A DNA stretch of 64,000 nt from Crocinitomicaceae bacterium (GCA_047637555.1 JBLIKX010000001.1:8294-72293), one strand, 5' to 3'; shown: positions 45,714 through 56,508, numbered from the stretch's first letter. Numbers and translations: made by a program. The notes: generated from the letters alone by a model not told the origin.

Positions 45714-47744
45714 ATGTCACAAAAGTTTAATCTTCAATCAGAATATTCACCTGCAGGTGATCAGCCAAAGGCCATAGAGACTCTCGTTAGTGGACTTAAA
45801 AAAGGTCAGGAAAAACAAACACTCCTAGGAATAACCGGTTCAGGTAAAACTTTTACGATGGCAAATGTGATCCAGCAAGTCCAACAGCCAACTTTGGTTA
45901 TTGCCCACAACAAGACACTTGCTGCTCAATTAGCACAGGAATTTCAAGAATTTTTTCCAGAGAATGCCGTTCATTATTTTGTTTCCTATTATGATTACTA
46001 TCAGCCTGAGGCCTATGTTACAGCGAGTGATACATACATCGAAAAAGACGCACAAATTAATGATGAAATTAATCGCCTTCGTCATGCAACAACTCAATCC
46101 TTGTTACTACGTAATGATGTAATTATTGTGGCATCTGTTTCGTGTATTTATGGTTTAGGTTCACCGAAAGAGTATTTTGACAAAAACTTTTTAATTACGG
46201 TTGGTGAGAAATTATCTAAAATAGATATTATGCGGCGACTCGTTGAAATTCAATTTGATAGAACAACGGCCGATCTTACTCCTGGAGCATTTCGTTCGAT
46301 AGGAAACACTATTGATATTATGCCAACGTCGTCTGAAAAGATTATGTACAGTATTGATATCACAGGAGGGGTGGTAGATCAAATTCAAGTCATTAATCCT
46401 GTTTCAGGAGTTATCCTAGAAGAAATTGATCATATTGTTATTTTTCCAGCAAAACATTTTATGACTGATGGTGACAAGAAAGAGACTGCCATGAAACTTA
46501 TTAAGGAAGAATTAAATAAATCTCTAGCAGAATTTCAAAAGGAAAATAAATATTTAGAATATGACCGTTTAAAGCGTCGGACAGAATATGATTTGGCAAT
46601 GATTCGTGAGGTTGGTTATTGTTCAGGTATTGAAAACTATTCGAGACACCTTTCTGGTAAGAAAGAAGGAGAGGCTCCAGACACACTAATCTCATATTTT
46701 CCTCATGATAAAAACGGCAAACCAGAATTCCTAACAATTATAGATGAGTCTCACATGACGATTCCACAAATCCGTGCGATGTATGCAGGCGATCAATCTC
46801 GAAAAGGAAATTTAGTACAACACGGATTCAGACTACCTAGTGCCAAAGACAACCGGCCCTTACAATTTCCTGAATTTGAGAATCGTGTTGGTCAGCAAGT
46901 CTACGTTTCGGCAACACCAGCAGATTATGAACGAGAGGTCTCAGAAACCCTGGTTGAGCAAATTATTCGTCCAACAGGACTCCTAGATCCAATCGTAGAA
47001 CAACACGGTGTAAAGGCTCGAACAGAGGACGATTATCCAGGTCAAATTCAACATTTTATTGCTCAGGCACAAATTGATATTGAAAAAGGCGGACGGGTAC
47101 TCGCAACAACGCTCACCAAAAAAATGGCAGAGGATTTATCAATATACCTCAAGGATAAAGAAATAAAGGCAGAGTATTTACATAGTGATGTAAAGACCAT
47201 GGACCGTATCAAAATTATTACTGAGTTTAGGAAGGGAAGCTTTGATATTTTGATTGGGGTTAATTTATTACGTGAAGGGTTAGATTTACCAGAGGTAACC
47301 TTAATTGGGATTCTTGACGCAGATAAGGCAGGGTTTTTGCGTTCTAAAACATCATTAGTTCAAACAATTGGACGTGCTGCTCGTAATCAGAATGGTCGTG
47401 TTATTGTCTATGCTGATCATATGACAGAAGCTCTTGAATTTGCGGTTTCTGAAACAGCTCGTCGCCGAAAATTGCAACAGATCCATAATAAAAAGAATAA
47501 CATCACTCCAGCGACAATTAAAAAAACTATTCATGATATTACCGAACGTATGCAATCAGAACATGTAAAGACGGTTTTGAGTGAAATGGAAACAGATCTT
47601 TCTGCCTTTAGTGGGAATATTAAAAAATTAATTAAGTATAAAAAGAGGGCAATGAACGATGCTGTGAAGGAGTTAGATTTTGAACGTGCGGCTATTGTAC
47701 GGGATCAGTTGATTGAGTTGGAGGGAAGGCTAGGTGAAGAATAA
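45714..47744 (+). CDS. uvrB: excinuclease ABC subunit B
   Basis: 676 aa; GITGSGKTF Walker A, helicase motifs, C-terminal UVR domain; TATAGT 6 nt before ATG. Confidence 0.95.
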   Translation: MSQKFNLQSEYSPAGDQPKAIETLVSGLKKGQEKQTLLGITGSGKTFTMANVIQQVQQPTLVIAHNKTLAAQLAQEFQEFFPENAVHYFVSYYDYYQPEAYVTASDTYIEKDAQINDEINRLRHATTQSLLLRNDVIIVASVSCIYGLGSPKEYFDKNFLITVGEKLSKIDIMRRLVEIQFDRTTADLTPGAFRSIGNTIDIMPTSSEKIMYSIDITGGVVDQIQVINPVSGVILEEIDHIVIFPAKHFMTDGDKKETAMKLIKEELNKSLAEFQKENKYLEYDRLKRRTEYDLAMIREVGYCSGIENYSRHLSGKKEGEAPDTLISYFPHDKNGKPEFLTIIDESHMTIPQIRAMYAGDQSRKGNLVQHGFRLPSAKDNRPLQFPEFENRVGQQVYVSATPADYEREVSETLVEQIIRPTGLLDPIVEQHGVKARTEDDYPGQIQHFIAQAQIDIEKGGRVLATTLTKKMAEDLSIYLKDKEIKAEYLHSDVKTMDRIKIITEFRKGSFDILIGVNLLREGLDLPEVTLIGILDADKAGFLRSKTSLVQTIGRAARNQNGRVIVYADHMTEALEFAVSETARRRKLQQIHNKKNNITPATIKKTIHDITERMQSEHVKTVLSEMETDLSAFSGNIKKLIKYKKRAMNDAVKELDFERAAIVRDQLIELEGRLGEE

Positions 47745-48240
47745 AAAACCAGTTATTAAGGTTTTTTATTTTAAATTCATATGAAATAAAAACATATTCT
47801 TTTTCGATGACACTGTATATTCCTAAAATACTAAAAAATATAATGATTCTTCATAACTACAAGTATCAAGTATTTTATAATTCTTATCTCTATACTAGGA
47901 GCAAAAAAAGTTCTTAGCTCTGGAACATTAAGACTCTTCACTATTAATATAAATGAAATTGTTGTTGTTCTTTGAACATAAATACAAAAAAATTCTAGAG
48001 CAAGAAAAATTTTTCAAACGGTTTTGGAATAAAAAAATCTTGTTTATATCTTTTTTCTTCTCCATACATCTATTTTTTTTATTTTAACTATTTTGAATTA
48101 CTGTAGTAAATGAATAAACGAGTGCAACGATTATAGTATTTTTTTTACTGAATTTTCTAGATCCTTATTGAAAATACCTAGAACATTTTTAGGTAGACTT
48201 TCCATATAAAACTTTCTGACTATAATGAAAGAATACTATT

Positions 48241-50886
48241 ATGGCAAAAGCAGATCAAAATAAAATAAACCAGGAATGGATTACTATTAAGGGTGCGCGA
48301 ACGCATAACTTGAAAGATATCGATGTTCAAATCCCTCGTAATAAAATGACCGTTATTACAGGTCTTTCGGGGTCAGGAAAATCATCGTTGGCATTTGATA
48401 CGATATTTGCGGAAGGACAACGACGATATGTTGAATCACTATCGAGTTATGCGCGTCAATTCTTGAACCAAATGTCGAAACCTGATGTAGATGAAATTAC
48501 AGGTCTCTCCCCAGCGATTTCAATTGATCAAAAAACACGATCAAATAATCCACGTTCAACGATTGCGACTATTACAGAAATCTATGATTATTTGCGTATT
48601 CTCTACGCACGAATAGGACAGCCATTTTCTCCTATTTCTGGTTTACGGATCAAAAAACTTTCAAATCAAGAAATTCTAGATTTTGTTTTTAAGATTGTGG
48701 AAAAAAACAAAGATCCTAAAAAAGCTAAAAAGGTTATGGGAGTGTCGGTTGATGAAATGCAGGTACATATTTTAACACCAGTCATTCGAGGAAGAAAAGG
48801 TGAGCACTATCAATTAATGTATGACATGTTGAACAAGGGATACGCCAAGGCCCGCGTTGATGGATCAATGAAGAGTCTACGCAAACAAATAAAACTGACT
48901 AAAACAAAAAAACATGACATTGACTTTGTTGTGGATAGTTTTGCCGTTCATGAATTTACAGATAACCCGGACGATGTACGATTGCGACTAGGAGAGGCGG
49001 TAGAGAAGGCTATCGACGAGTCAGAAGGGATGATCAAGATCCTTGTTGAAACAGAATCAGGTGAATTAATTGATGAAACATTGATGTCTGCGAAATTAGT
49101 TTGTCCGGAAGATGGGTATGTTTTTCCCGAGATTGAACCACGACTTTTTTCGTTTAACTCACCCTACGGTGCATGTCCTACTTGTAATGGACTAGGAACA
49201 AAGCATATGTTTGGGGAAGATGTTTGCCCTGAATGTATGGGTGCACGATTAAGACCAGAAGCCTTGCAAGTGTTTCTTGGAAAATATGACAAAGATAATA
49301 ATGTTGTTGATCACGAAGACCATCGAAAAAACATCGATGATTTTGTTGATATGAAAATCTCAGAGGCCTATGAATTCATGGCTGAAATTGATCTAACCGA
49401 AAAAGAAGCAAAAATTGCAGCACCGCTATTACGAGAAATTGAAAACCGTCTTGAGTTTCTTATGTCTGTTGGGTTGGAATATCTTTCATTAGGTCGCCGA
49501 GCTCATACGCTCTCTGGTGGAGAGTCTCAGCGTATTCGTTTAGCGTCACAACTAGGTTCTCAACTTGTTGGGGCTCTATATGTACTTGACGAGCCAACGA
49601 TTGGTCTGCATGCACGCGATAATAAACGCCTTATTCAAACCCTTCGTGAGCTGACTGAAAAAGGAAATACTATTATCGTAGTAGAACACGATGAGGAAAC
49701 AATTTTTGCATCTGACTATTTAATAGAGATTGGTCCAGGTGCAGGAAAGCACGGGGGAGAAGTAATTGTTGCTGATGAATTACAAAAATTATTAAAGTCT
49801 CCAGCATCTATTAAGAAATCACTTACCTTGCAATATCTGACCGGTAAGAAAAAGATTGAATTACCAATAAGACGACGCACCAAAGACAAGGGGGGAATTG
49901 CTATCGAAGGTATTGTTCATAATAATTTAAAGAATGTGAATATTGAAATTCCATTAAATAAACTAACCTGTATCACCGGTGTTTCTGGATCTGGAAAATC
50001 ATCATTTATGCATGGGGTTTTGGCTAAAAATATGGAAGCACGTCTATCACGACGGAATAAATCAAATGAGGTTATTCGTGCACACACGGCACATGGATTT
50101 AGTCAGATTTCTCGGGGAATTGTAATTGATCAGTCTCCTATTGGAAGAACACCTCGTAGTAACCCGGCAACGTATACAGGAGCCTTTGATCATATCCGCG
50201 ACCTCTTTGCCGAAACAACCGAAGCGCAAATTCGTGGTTGGAAGGCCGGACGGTTTTCGTTTAATACCAAAGGAGGAAGATGTGAGGCTTGTCAGGGGCG
50301 AGGAACAGTAGCTGTTGAAATGGGATTTCTACCGACTGTTCATGTGACCTGTGATGTCTGTATGGGAAAACGCTACGAAAAAGAAACCTTACAGGTTCAA
50401 TTTAAAGGAAAGAATATTTACCAAGTTTTAGAGATGAATATTGAAGACGCACAAAAATTCTTTGGTGATATTCCAGCAATTAATGATCGTTTGGTTACAA
50501 TGTTACAAACAGGGTTAGGTTATTTAAAATTGGGACAACCAGCTAATACTCTCTCTGGAGGAGAATCACAACGCGTAAAGATCTCTTCTGAATTATACCG
50601 ACCTCAATTAGATAAAACATTGTATCTATTAGATGAGCCAACGGTTGGTCTACATTTTGAAGATGTAAAAAAATTAATTGAAATTATTCAACGATTGGTA
50701 AACAAAGGTAATACTGTTGTGGTAATCGAACATAATATGGATTTGATTAAATGTTCAGATTATATGATTGATTTTGGTCCAAAATCAGGAGACGAAGGAG
50801 GAAAGGTAGTCGCAAAGGGTACCCCAGAAAATATTGTAGATAATAAAAATTCAGTAACCGGAGAATTCTTACGAAAACATTTATAA
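48241..50886 (+). CDS. uvrA: excinuclease ABC subunit A
   Basis: 881 aa; two ABC modules (GLSGSGKSS, GVSGSGKSS; LSGGESQR twice) and zinc modules. Confidence 0.95.
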   Translation: MAKADQNKINQEWITIKGARTHNLKDIDVQIPRNKMTVITGLSGSGKSSLAFDTIFAEGQRRYVESLSSYARQFLNQMSKPDVDEITGLSPAISIDQKTRSNNPRSTIATITEIYDYLRILYARIGQPFSPISGLRIKKLSNQEILDFVFKIVEKNKDPKKAKKVMGVSVDEMQVHILTPVIRGRKGEHYQLMYDMLNKGYAKARVDGSMKSLRKQIKLTKTKKHDIDFVVDSFAVHEFTDNPDDVRLRLGEAVEKAIDESEGMIKILVETESGELIDETLMSAKLVCPEDGYVFPEIEPRLFSFNSPYGACPTCNGLGTKHMFGEDVCPECMGARLRPEALQVFLGKYDKDNNVVDHEDHRKNIDDFVDMKISEAYEFMAEIDLTEKEAKIAAPLLREIENRLEFLMSVGLEYLSLGRRAHTLSGGESQRIRLASQLGSQLVGALYVLDEPTIGLHARDNKRLIQTLRELTEKGNTIIVVEHDEETIFASDYLIEIGPGAGKHGGEVIVADELQKLLKSPASIKKSLTLQYLTGKKKIELPIRRRTKDKGGIAIEGIVHNNLKNVNIEIPLNKLTCITGVSGSGKSSFMHGVLAKNMEARLSRRNKSNEVIRAHTAHGFSQISRGIVIDQSPIGRTPRSNPATYTGAFDHIRDLFAETTEAQIRGWKAGRFSFNTKGGRCEACQGRGTVAVEMGFLPTVHVTCDVCMGKRYEKETLQVQFKGKNIYQVLEMNIEDAQKFFGDIPAINDRLVTMLQTGLGYLKLGQPANTLSGGESQRVKISSELYRPQLDKTLYLLDEPTVGLHFEDVKKLIEIIQRLVNKGNTVVVIEHNMDLIKCSDYMIDFGPKSGDEGGKVVAKGTPENIVDNKNSVTGEFLRKHL

Positions 50887-50913
50887 AAAAACCACTCAAC
50901 CTTGAGTGGTTTT
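50885..50913 (+). terminator. intrinsic terminator after uvrA
   Basis: ACCACTC-aacctt-GAGTGGT stem, short T-run. Confidence 0.5.
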
Positions 50914-51178
50914 AACTTATTGACGATGTTTTTTCCTCTTAAATCACTAAAATTATGATAGGAATAAAGATGAGTGGTTTGTATTTTAGGTTTTAAATAT
51001 TTATTTTTATCTTCTTATTTGAACCTAATTTCAGCTTACTGAGTAGTTCAATAATATTCCTTTTATTTACAATACTCATATAATTCTATTTTGTAAATAC
51101 CCCTTTCAAGGGTCTTGCTAATAATAATACTCTATGTTATCGTGACGGAAGTACAGATAAAATTTGCGAATATATATT

Positions 51179-52249
51179 ATGAAAAAAATACGAAAAATTA
51201 AACTAAACTTTAAACCACAAACCTCTTCAAAAAAACTTTTGAAAGGATTAAAAAATAGAGATCGTTATGTCCTTGAAAGTCGTTTTGGACTTGAAGACAT
51301 CAATAAAAAAACTTTAGAAGCTATTGGTCAAGAATATGATATTACACGAGAACGTGTCCGTCAAATTCAAGACGCTGCCTTAAAAGCCATTCGTAAATCT
51401 GATAATTATGAAGAAGCTCGAGAAGTTTTTGAAGAAATTGAAACAATGATAAACAATTTTGGTGGAGTTGTTTCTGAAGACCATTTTCTTGATCATACAC
51501 ATGAGGATGAATTAATTCAGAATCATATTCATTTTCATCTTGTTATAGGTGATACTTTTAAGAAGCACAAGGAAGATAAAAAATTCCGTGCTCGTTGGTC
51601 AGTAAATGGAGAATTAACTGACAAGGTTCACTCAGCATTAGAAAAACTACACGACCATGTAACTGACGAAGAACTTCTTTCGGAAGAACAAATGGTTCTA
51701 AAATTCCTCGATCGTTTAGATGGTGTTGAGGATGGTTATGTAGATAATGAGATTGCTCAGCAATTTCTTATGCTTTCAAAACTTGTGGCTAAAAATCCAC
51801 TTGGTGATTGGGGATTAACATCTTCACAAAATATTTCAGTTCGAGGTATTCGTGATTATGCCTACCTCATTATGAAAAAAAATGGTTCACCTATGCACTT
51901 TAGAGAAGTGGCTGAATCTATCACTGATACCTTTGATAAAAAAGCTCATCCTGCAACAACTCATAATGAGTTAATCAAAGATGACAGATTTGTTCTTGTT
52001 GGAAGAGGGATGTATGGATTGAAAGAATGGGGTTATCGATCAGGCGTTGTAAAAGATGTCATTCGAGACCTTATTGATGAGCGTGGTCCATTAGCAAAAG
52101 AAGAAATTATTGAATCTGTTCTCAAGGAACGATATCTGAAAGAAAATACTATTTTAGTAAATCTCTCTAATAAGGATTACTTTAAGAAGGACGAAGATGG
52201 AAAGTACGTTCTCGCTGAGGGAGCAAAGAAAAAACTTAAAAATAAGTAA
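51179..52249 (+). CDS. sigma-70 region-4-like HTH protein with C-terminal HARE-HTH-like domain
   Basis: N-terminus RYVLESRFGL...TLEAIGQEYDITRERVRQIQDAALKAIRK resembles sigma region 4. C-terminus MHFREVAESI...HNELIKDDRFVLVGRGMYGLKEW resembles the HARE-HTH/RpoE-delta N-domain. Confidence 0.5.
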   Translation: MKKIRKIKLNFKPQTSSKKLLKGLKNRDRYVLESRFGLEDINKKTLEAIGQEYDITRERVRQIQDAALKAIRKSDNYEEAREVFEEIETMINNFGGVVSEDHFLDHTHEDELIQNHIHFHLVIGDTFKKHKEDKKFRARWSVNGELTDKVHSALEKLHDHVTDEELLSEEQMVLKFLDRLDGVEDGYVDNEIAQQFLMLSKLVAKNPLGDWGLTSSQNISVRGIRDYAYLIMKKNGSPMHFREVAESITDTFDKKAHPATTHNELIKDDRFVLVGRGMYGLKEWGYRSGVVKDVIRDLIDERGPLAKEEIIESVLKERYLKENTILVNLSNKDYFKKDEDGKYVLAEGAKKKLKNK

Positions 52250-52251
52250 AC

Positions 52252-52279
52252 AAAAAAACATACTCTGTATGTTTTTTTG
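52252..52279 (+). terminator. intrinsic terminator
   Basis: ACATAC-tct-GTATGT stem with A7/T7 flanks. Confidence 0.6.
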
Positions 52280-52309
52280 TTTTGTATATTAAAGTGATAC
52301 ACTAATGGT

Positions 52310-53518
52310 ATGAATGTAGTTATATCTGCAATAATTAATACAGCTTTTGTTTGGCTTCCTGTTATCTTAGGGGTTGTTTTTTGGAAAACATATCTTTCTT
52401 ATAAGCAGAAAGCTTTTTTGGGAAATATAACATATACCATGTTGGAAATCAGTATCCCTAGAAATGTCTATAAATCTCCACAAGCAATGGAGATCGTTAT
52501 TGATGTTCTTCATCATCTTGGTGGAGGAGCTATGGGTAAATATAATCGTATATGGGATGGCGCTGTCTTATATCCTTCATCGTTGGAGTTAGTATCTATC
52601 GAAGGAAAAATTTATTTCTTTATTAGATGTTCTGATAAATTAGCACGAACCGTAAAAACCGCTCTTTATTCACAATACCCTCAGGCTGAAATTAATGAAG
52701 TTGATGATTATACACGCTATGTGCCTAATTATAATTATCACCAAGACTCTTGGAGTTTATATGGAGCTGATTATAAACTAGCAAAGGATGATTTTATGCC
52801 AATTAAAACTTATATTGATTATGAGTTAGATAAAAATGTAGGCTCGTTAGATGAAGAACAGAAAATTGACCCTATTGCGCCACTATTAGAATATTTGGGA
52901 ACGATCAGGTCTGGTGAGCAAATATGGATTCAATTCATTGTGCGTGCTGATCAATTTACAACATGGAGATCTGAAGCTAAAAAATTTATTGAGGAAGTAA
53001 TGGGAAGAGGGAAGCCTATTTTGGATGATGAACCATTTACTACTGTTAAATTAACACATGCCGAGCAAGAACAAGTAAAGGCAATTGAAAGAAGTCTGTC
53101 AAAGTCTGCCTTCGAATGTACTGTGCGTGCCCTATATATGGCACGAAAAGAAAATGAAAATAAAGGAGTTAAGGGCTTTTTTAAGGGACCAATTTTTAAA
53201 GCTTTTAATTCTAATTATCTAAATGCATTTCGAAAAAATGAAGATACTACCTATGATTGGATTTGGCAGGATCTCACAGGATCACGCTATCCGATACTTC
53301 AAAGACGGTTTTTCAATGATTATGTTGAGCGTGCTGGTTTAAATGAAGGGTTCTTGAGGTATGTAAATTTCTTATGGTATAAACGTAATAAACCTATGGT
53401 TTTAACCAGTGAGGAATTAGCTACCCTGTTTCATATTCCTGGACGTGTATCTGAAACAACCGCTGTTGAGCGAATTGAAGCTACAAAATCAGAACCACCA
53501 ACAAACCTACCGATGTAA
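52310..53518 (+). CDS. hypothetical membrane protein
   Basis: 402 aa; N-terminal TM helix then LEISIPRNVYKSPQAMEIVIDVLHHLGG. From memory this resembles N-terminal regions of CPR TraD/VirD4-like proteins, but no ATPase motifs are present. Confidence 0.35.
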   Translation: MNVVISAIINTAFVWLPVILGVVFWKTYLSYKQKAFLGNITYTMLEISIPRNVYKSPQAMEIVIDVLHHLGGGAMGKYNRIWDGAVLYPSSLELVSIEGKIYFFIRCSDKLARTVKTALYSQYPQAEINEVDDYTRYVPNYNYHQDSWSLYGADYKLAKDDFMPIKTYIDYELDKNVGSLDEEQKIDPIAPLLEYLGTIRSGEQIWIQFIVRADQFTTWRSEAKKFIEEVMGRGKPILDDEPFTTVKLTHAEQEQVKAIERSLSKSAFECTVRALYMARKENENKGVKGFFKGPIFKAFNSNYLNAFRKNEDTTYDWIWQDLTGSRYPILQRRFFNDYVERAGLNEGFLRYVNFLWYKRNKPMVLTSEELATLFHIPGRVSETTAVERIEATKSEPPTNLPM

Positions 53519-53523
53519 TTACT

Positions 53524-54504
53524 ATGTCTGAATATCTGTATCTGTATAAAAAGCAAAATAATCATTTGAAGAAAAAATTGATATACCTTATTAGTTTTTT
53601 TGTTATTGTGGGACTTCTATTTTTGGTGTTTCTCTATAGTCATATTTTTGGATCACAATCGCTTGAGTTAGAAAAACAAATCACTATTCCTCAAGGGTTT
53701 TCATTAAATAAAACTGCAGAATTATTAGTTTCAGAAGGTGTTCTTAATTCTCGAATAAGTCTTATTTTACTTGATAAACAGCAAGGCATATCAGTAAAAG
53801 CAGGAGATTATTTATTCTCAGGAATACAATACCCACGAGAGATTGCACAACGATTAAATACGGGAGCACATGGAGATGTATATATAAAATTAACGATTCC
53901 CGAAGGTTCTACTTTGATACAGGTAGCTGATATTATTTCCCGCTCCTCATTTGAATTCGATAAAGACGTATTTGAAAAAGAAACAAAAGGTTTGGAAGGA
54001 TATTTATTCCCAGATACCTACAGTTTCTTACCGTCTACTGATACCTCAGAGATTGTACGGGTTCTTACACAAACCTTTAGAAATAAAACAGATTCATTGC
54101 AAGTAGAAATCCAAAAATCTAGTAGATCCCTTAAAGATATTATTATTATGGCCTCTCTCTTAGAGAAAGAAGCTACTGGCAACATTGAAGAACAAAAAAC
54201 AGTTGCTGGCATTCTCTGGAAACGTCTTGATCAGGGTAAATTACTCCAAGTTGATGCACCCTTTAAATATATTTATGGGGAAGTTAAGGCTTCTGACTTG
54301 CGCAAGGACGGTCCTTATAATACTTATACTCGCTTAGGACTGACACCTACACCAATTGGGAATCCTGGTTTAGCCTCAATTCAGGCGGCAATTAACCCTA
54401 CTCAAAGTCCTTATTATTTTTACCTGCATGGTAAAAATGGAAATATTTATTATGGCGTTACCTATAGGGAGCATATTAATAATATTAATCGCTATTTACG
54501 GTAA
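53524..54504 (+). CDS. mltG: endolytic murein transglycosylase MltG (YceG family)
   Basis: 326 aa; N-terminal TM helix, LLEKEA, LLQVDAPFKY and YNTYTRLGLTPTPIGNPG motifs. Confidence 0.85.
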   Translation: MSEYLYLYKKQNNHLKKKLIYLISFFVIVGLLFLVFLYSHIFGSQSLELEKQITIPQGFSLNKTAELLVSEGVLNSRISLILLDKQQGISVKAGDYLFSGIQYPREIAQRLNTGAHGDVYIKLTIPEGSTLIQVADIISRSSFEFDKDVFEKETKGLEGYLFPDTYSFLPSTDTSEIVRVLTQTFRNKTDSLQVEIQKSSRSLKDIIIMASLLEKEATGNIEEQKTVAGILWKRLDQGKLLQVDAPFKYIYGEVKASDLRKDGPYNTYTRLGLTPTPIGNPGLASIQAAINPTQSPYYFYLHGKNGNIYYGVTYREHINNINRYLR

Positions 54505-54529
54505 ATAGTGATTGTGTACAATACAAGGT

Positions 54530-55069
54530 ATGAAGAATAAGAACTTAGCATTTATTGATATTGAGACTACTGGTTTTGACCCTGAGACACAGGAGATTAT
54601 TGAAATTGGTTGTGTCATTATAAAACAAAACGAAGGAGTTCCTGGTGAAATAGTAGAAGAATTTGAATTAAAAATCAAACCTGAAAAATTAGAAAACGCA
54701 GACCCAGAAGCACTTTCAATTAATGGGTATAACGAAGCAGAATGGTTATTTGCATCGAACTTAAAACAGGCTATGAAAGTTTTTGCAGATAAAACCAAAG
54801 AATGCATTTTTGTCGCACACAATGCTGCATTTGATTGGTCGTTTATTGCAAAAGCATTTGTTACAACAGGTGTCAAAAATAAAATGTTCTATGCTAAAAT
54901 CGATACTATTTCATTTGCCTTTGCCAAACTACACAAGGATGCAACTGTTACTCGATATAATTTAGGTTCTCTTTGTGACAGATTTGGTATTACGAATGAT
55001 CGTGCCCATACTGCTCTAGCTGATACGCATGCAACTCTTGAGGTATATAAAAAACTTCTTGAGCTATAA
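54530..55069 (+). CDS. DnaQ-like 3'-5' exonuclease
   Basis: Exo I FIDIETTG, Exo II VAHNAAFDWSF, Exo III HTALADTHAT; start at ATG 54530 (TACAAT 7 nt upstream). Confidence 0.75.
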   Translation: MKNKNLAFIDIETTGFDPETQEIIEIGCVIIKQNEGVPGEIVEEFELKIKPEKLENADPEALSINGYNEAEWLFASNLKQAMKVFADKTKECIFVAHNAAFDWSFIAKAFVTTGVKNKMFYAKIDTISFAFAKLHKDATVTRYNLGSLCDRFGITNDRAHTALADTHATLEVYKKLLEL

Positions 55070-55093
55070 AAAAGACACTGAAAAGTGTTTTTA
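55068..55093 (+). terminator. intrinsic terminator
   Basis: ACACT-gaaa-AGTGT stem with A/T flanks. Confidence 0.5.
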
Positions 55094-55130
55094 TCTTGGA
55101 TTAGAGATTATGATATAATAAAAGTATATT

Positions 55131-55556
55131 ATGCGATACCGAGTATCATGTGGAGTTATACCAGTACATATAAACACGAATGGAAAGATTCGTTTTTTAC
55201 TAGTGCAAGGGCACGGTGACTATTGGGGTTTTCCAAAAGGGCATAAAGAAGGTAACGAAACCCATCTACAAACAGCAATTCGTGAGCTACAAGAGGAAAC
55301 GCAATTAGTAGCTGATAGTTTTTTTGGTAACACTATTTTTACAGAACGATATCGTATACCTAAAAAACGAGGAAGCGATATTATTAAAAAAGTTATTTAT
55401 TTTATTGGTATTATATCTGATACTCGGGTAGTTAGGCAGACTACAGAACTTAAAAATCACGGCTGGTTTAGCTTTGAAGATGCACAGTCAAAACTTTTAG
55501 AGAATCGGGTTGTGATGCTTTCTGAGTTAATGCATTTGCTAGAAAAAAATACTTGA
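55131..55556 (+). CDS. NUDIX hydrolase (Ap4A-hydrolase-like)
   Basis: 141 aa; Nudix box GFPKGHKEGNETHLQTAIRELQEETQL; TGA stop. Confidence 0.8.
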   Translation: MRYRVSCGVIPVHINTNGKIRFLLVQGHGDYWGFPKGHKEGNETHLQTAIRELQEETQLVADSFFGNTIFTERYRIPKKRGSDIIKKVIYFIGIISDTRVVRQTTELKNHGWFSFEDAQSKLLENRVVMLSELMHLLEKNT

Positions 55557-55601
55557 CGTATTTTTTTTAATATGTATTCTTAAGCTAGAAAAAGCCACAC
55601 A

Positions 55602-56453
55602 ATGAAAAAAAATAAAAATGCTAAAAAAGCAAGGCAAGCAAGAATTGCTCGAAAGCAAAGAATAGCAAATATTAATAAGCAGACAAGGCAGGCTAAAAAT
55701 CTTAAGAAACATATTATTCTTTCATACAAAATAGATGAACCTCGTATATTTAAGGTGCTTAAAGAAGAATTTAAAAAAGAATTTACTTCTAATGAATTCC
55801 CAGTAACAGTTACCTCATTAGGGGCGACAGATACTTCTCCTTACCCAAGAATTCAAGTTATATTTCGTTATTTATTATGGAAGCAAGAAGAAGTATTTAC
55901 TTTTTATATTACTGATAGTCCGAGGCTACTAGCATTTGTTGATGCTAATGCTTATGATGTATGGTACCAAATAGGTAAAATTCAAGATTTTCAAGATGAA
56001 AAGAAATTATCAAAAAAAATCCGAGAGATAATTATCTCAAAGAAAAAAGGGAGTAATACTGAATTTAAATTTCTTAAATTTCTGCAATCCGTTATTCCAA
56101 ATTATTTCGAGGTAAAATACGGAAGTAATTTAGATGGGTTAAATATTGATTTTTTTATAGCTAAAAAAGGATGCAAATTCGGCGAAGGTTTTCAAGTTAA
56201 AAGTTCATCTCTTTTTATAGATAGTGAAGGAAAAAAAATAGGTGAAGTAGTAAAAAACTCTTTTCTCCTCATTAAGGATAAAGTTCCTAAACCTATAAAT
56301 GCAGATTATGAATATGCTATTAATGATATCCATACTGTTTATTTAGATAAAAAGACTTTTATTTTACGTGATGGTTTCGGAGACCGCCCCGCAGAACCCA
56401 CTATTTTAGAATTAATTTCTAAACTGGAATCTGAATATTCGAAAACAAACTAA
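55602..56453 (+). CDS. hypothetical protein, basic N-terminus, possible PD-(D/E)xK nuclease-like core
   Basis: 283 aa; 35-aa Lys/Arg-rich N-terminus; LDGLNIDFFIAKKG...GFQVKSSS resembles the D...(D/E/Q)xK strand pair of DUF4365-like endonuclease folds (weak, by eye). Confidence 0.35.
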   Translation: MKKNKNAKKARQARIARKQRIANINKQTRQAKNLKKHIILSYKIDEPRIFKVLKEEFKKEFTSNEFPVTVTSLGATDTSPYPRIQVIFRYLLWKQEEVFTFYITDSPRLLAFVDANAYDVWYQIGKIQDFQDEKKLSKKIREIIISKKKGSNTEFKFLKFLQSVIPNYFEVKYGSNLDGLNIDFFIAKKGCKFGEGFQVKSSSLFIDSEGKKIGEVVKNSFLLIKDKVPKPINADYEYAINDIHTVYLDKKTFILRDGFGDRPAEPTILELISKLESEYSKTN

Positions 56454-56508
56454 TACATTGCTTTACTTATCAATCTATGAATATAGACTAATAACGTAAA
56501 GTTTTTTT

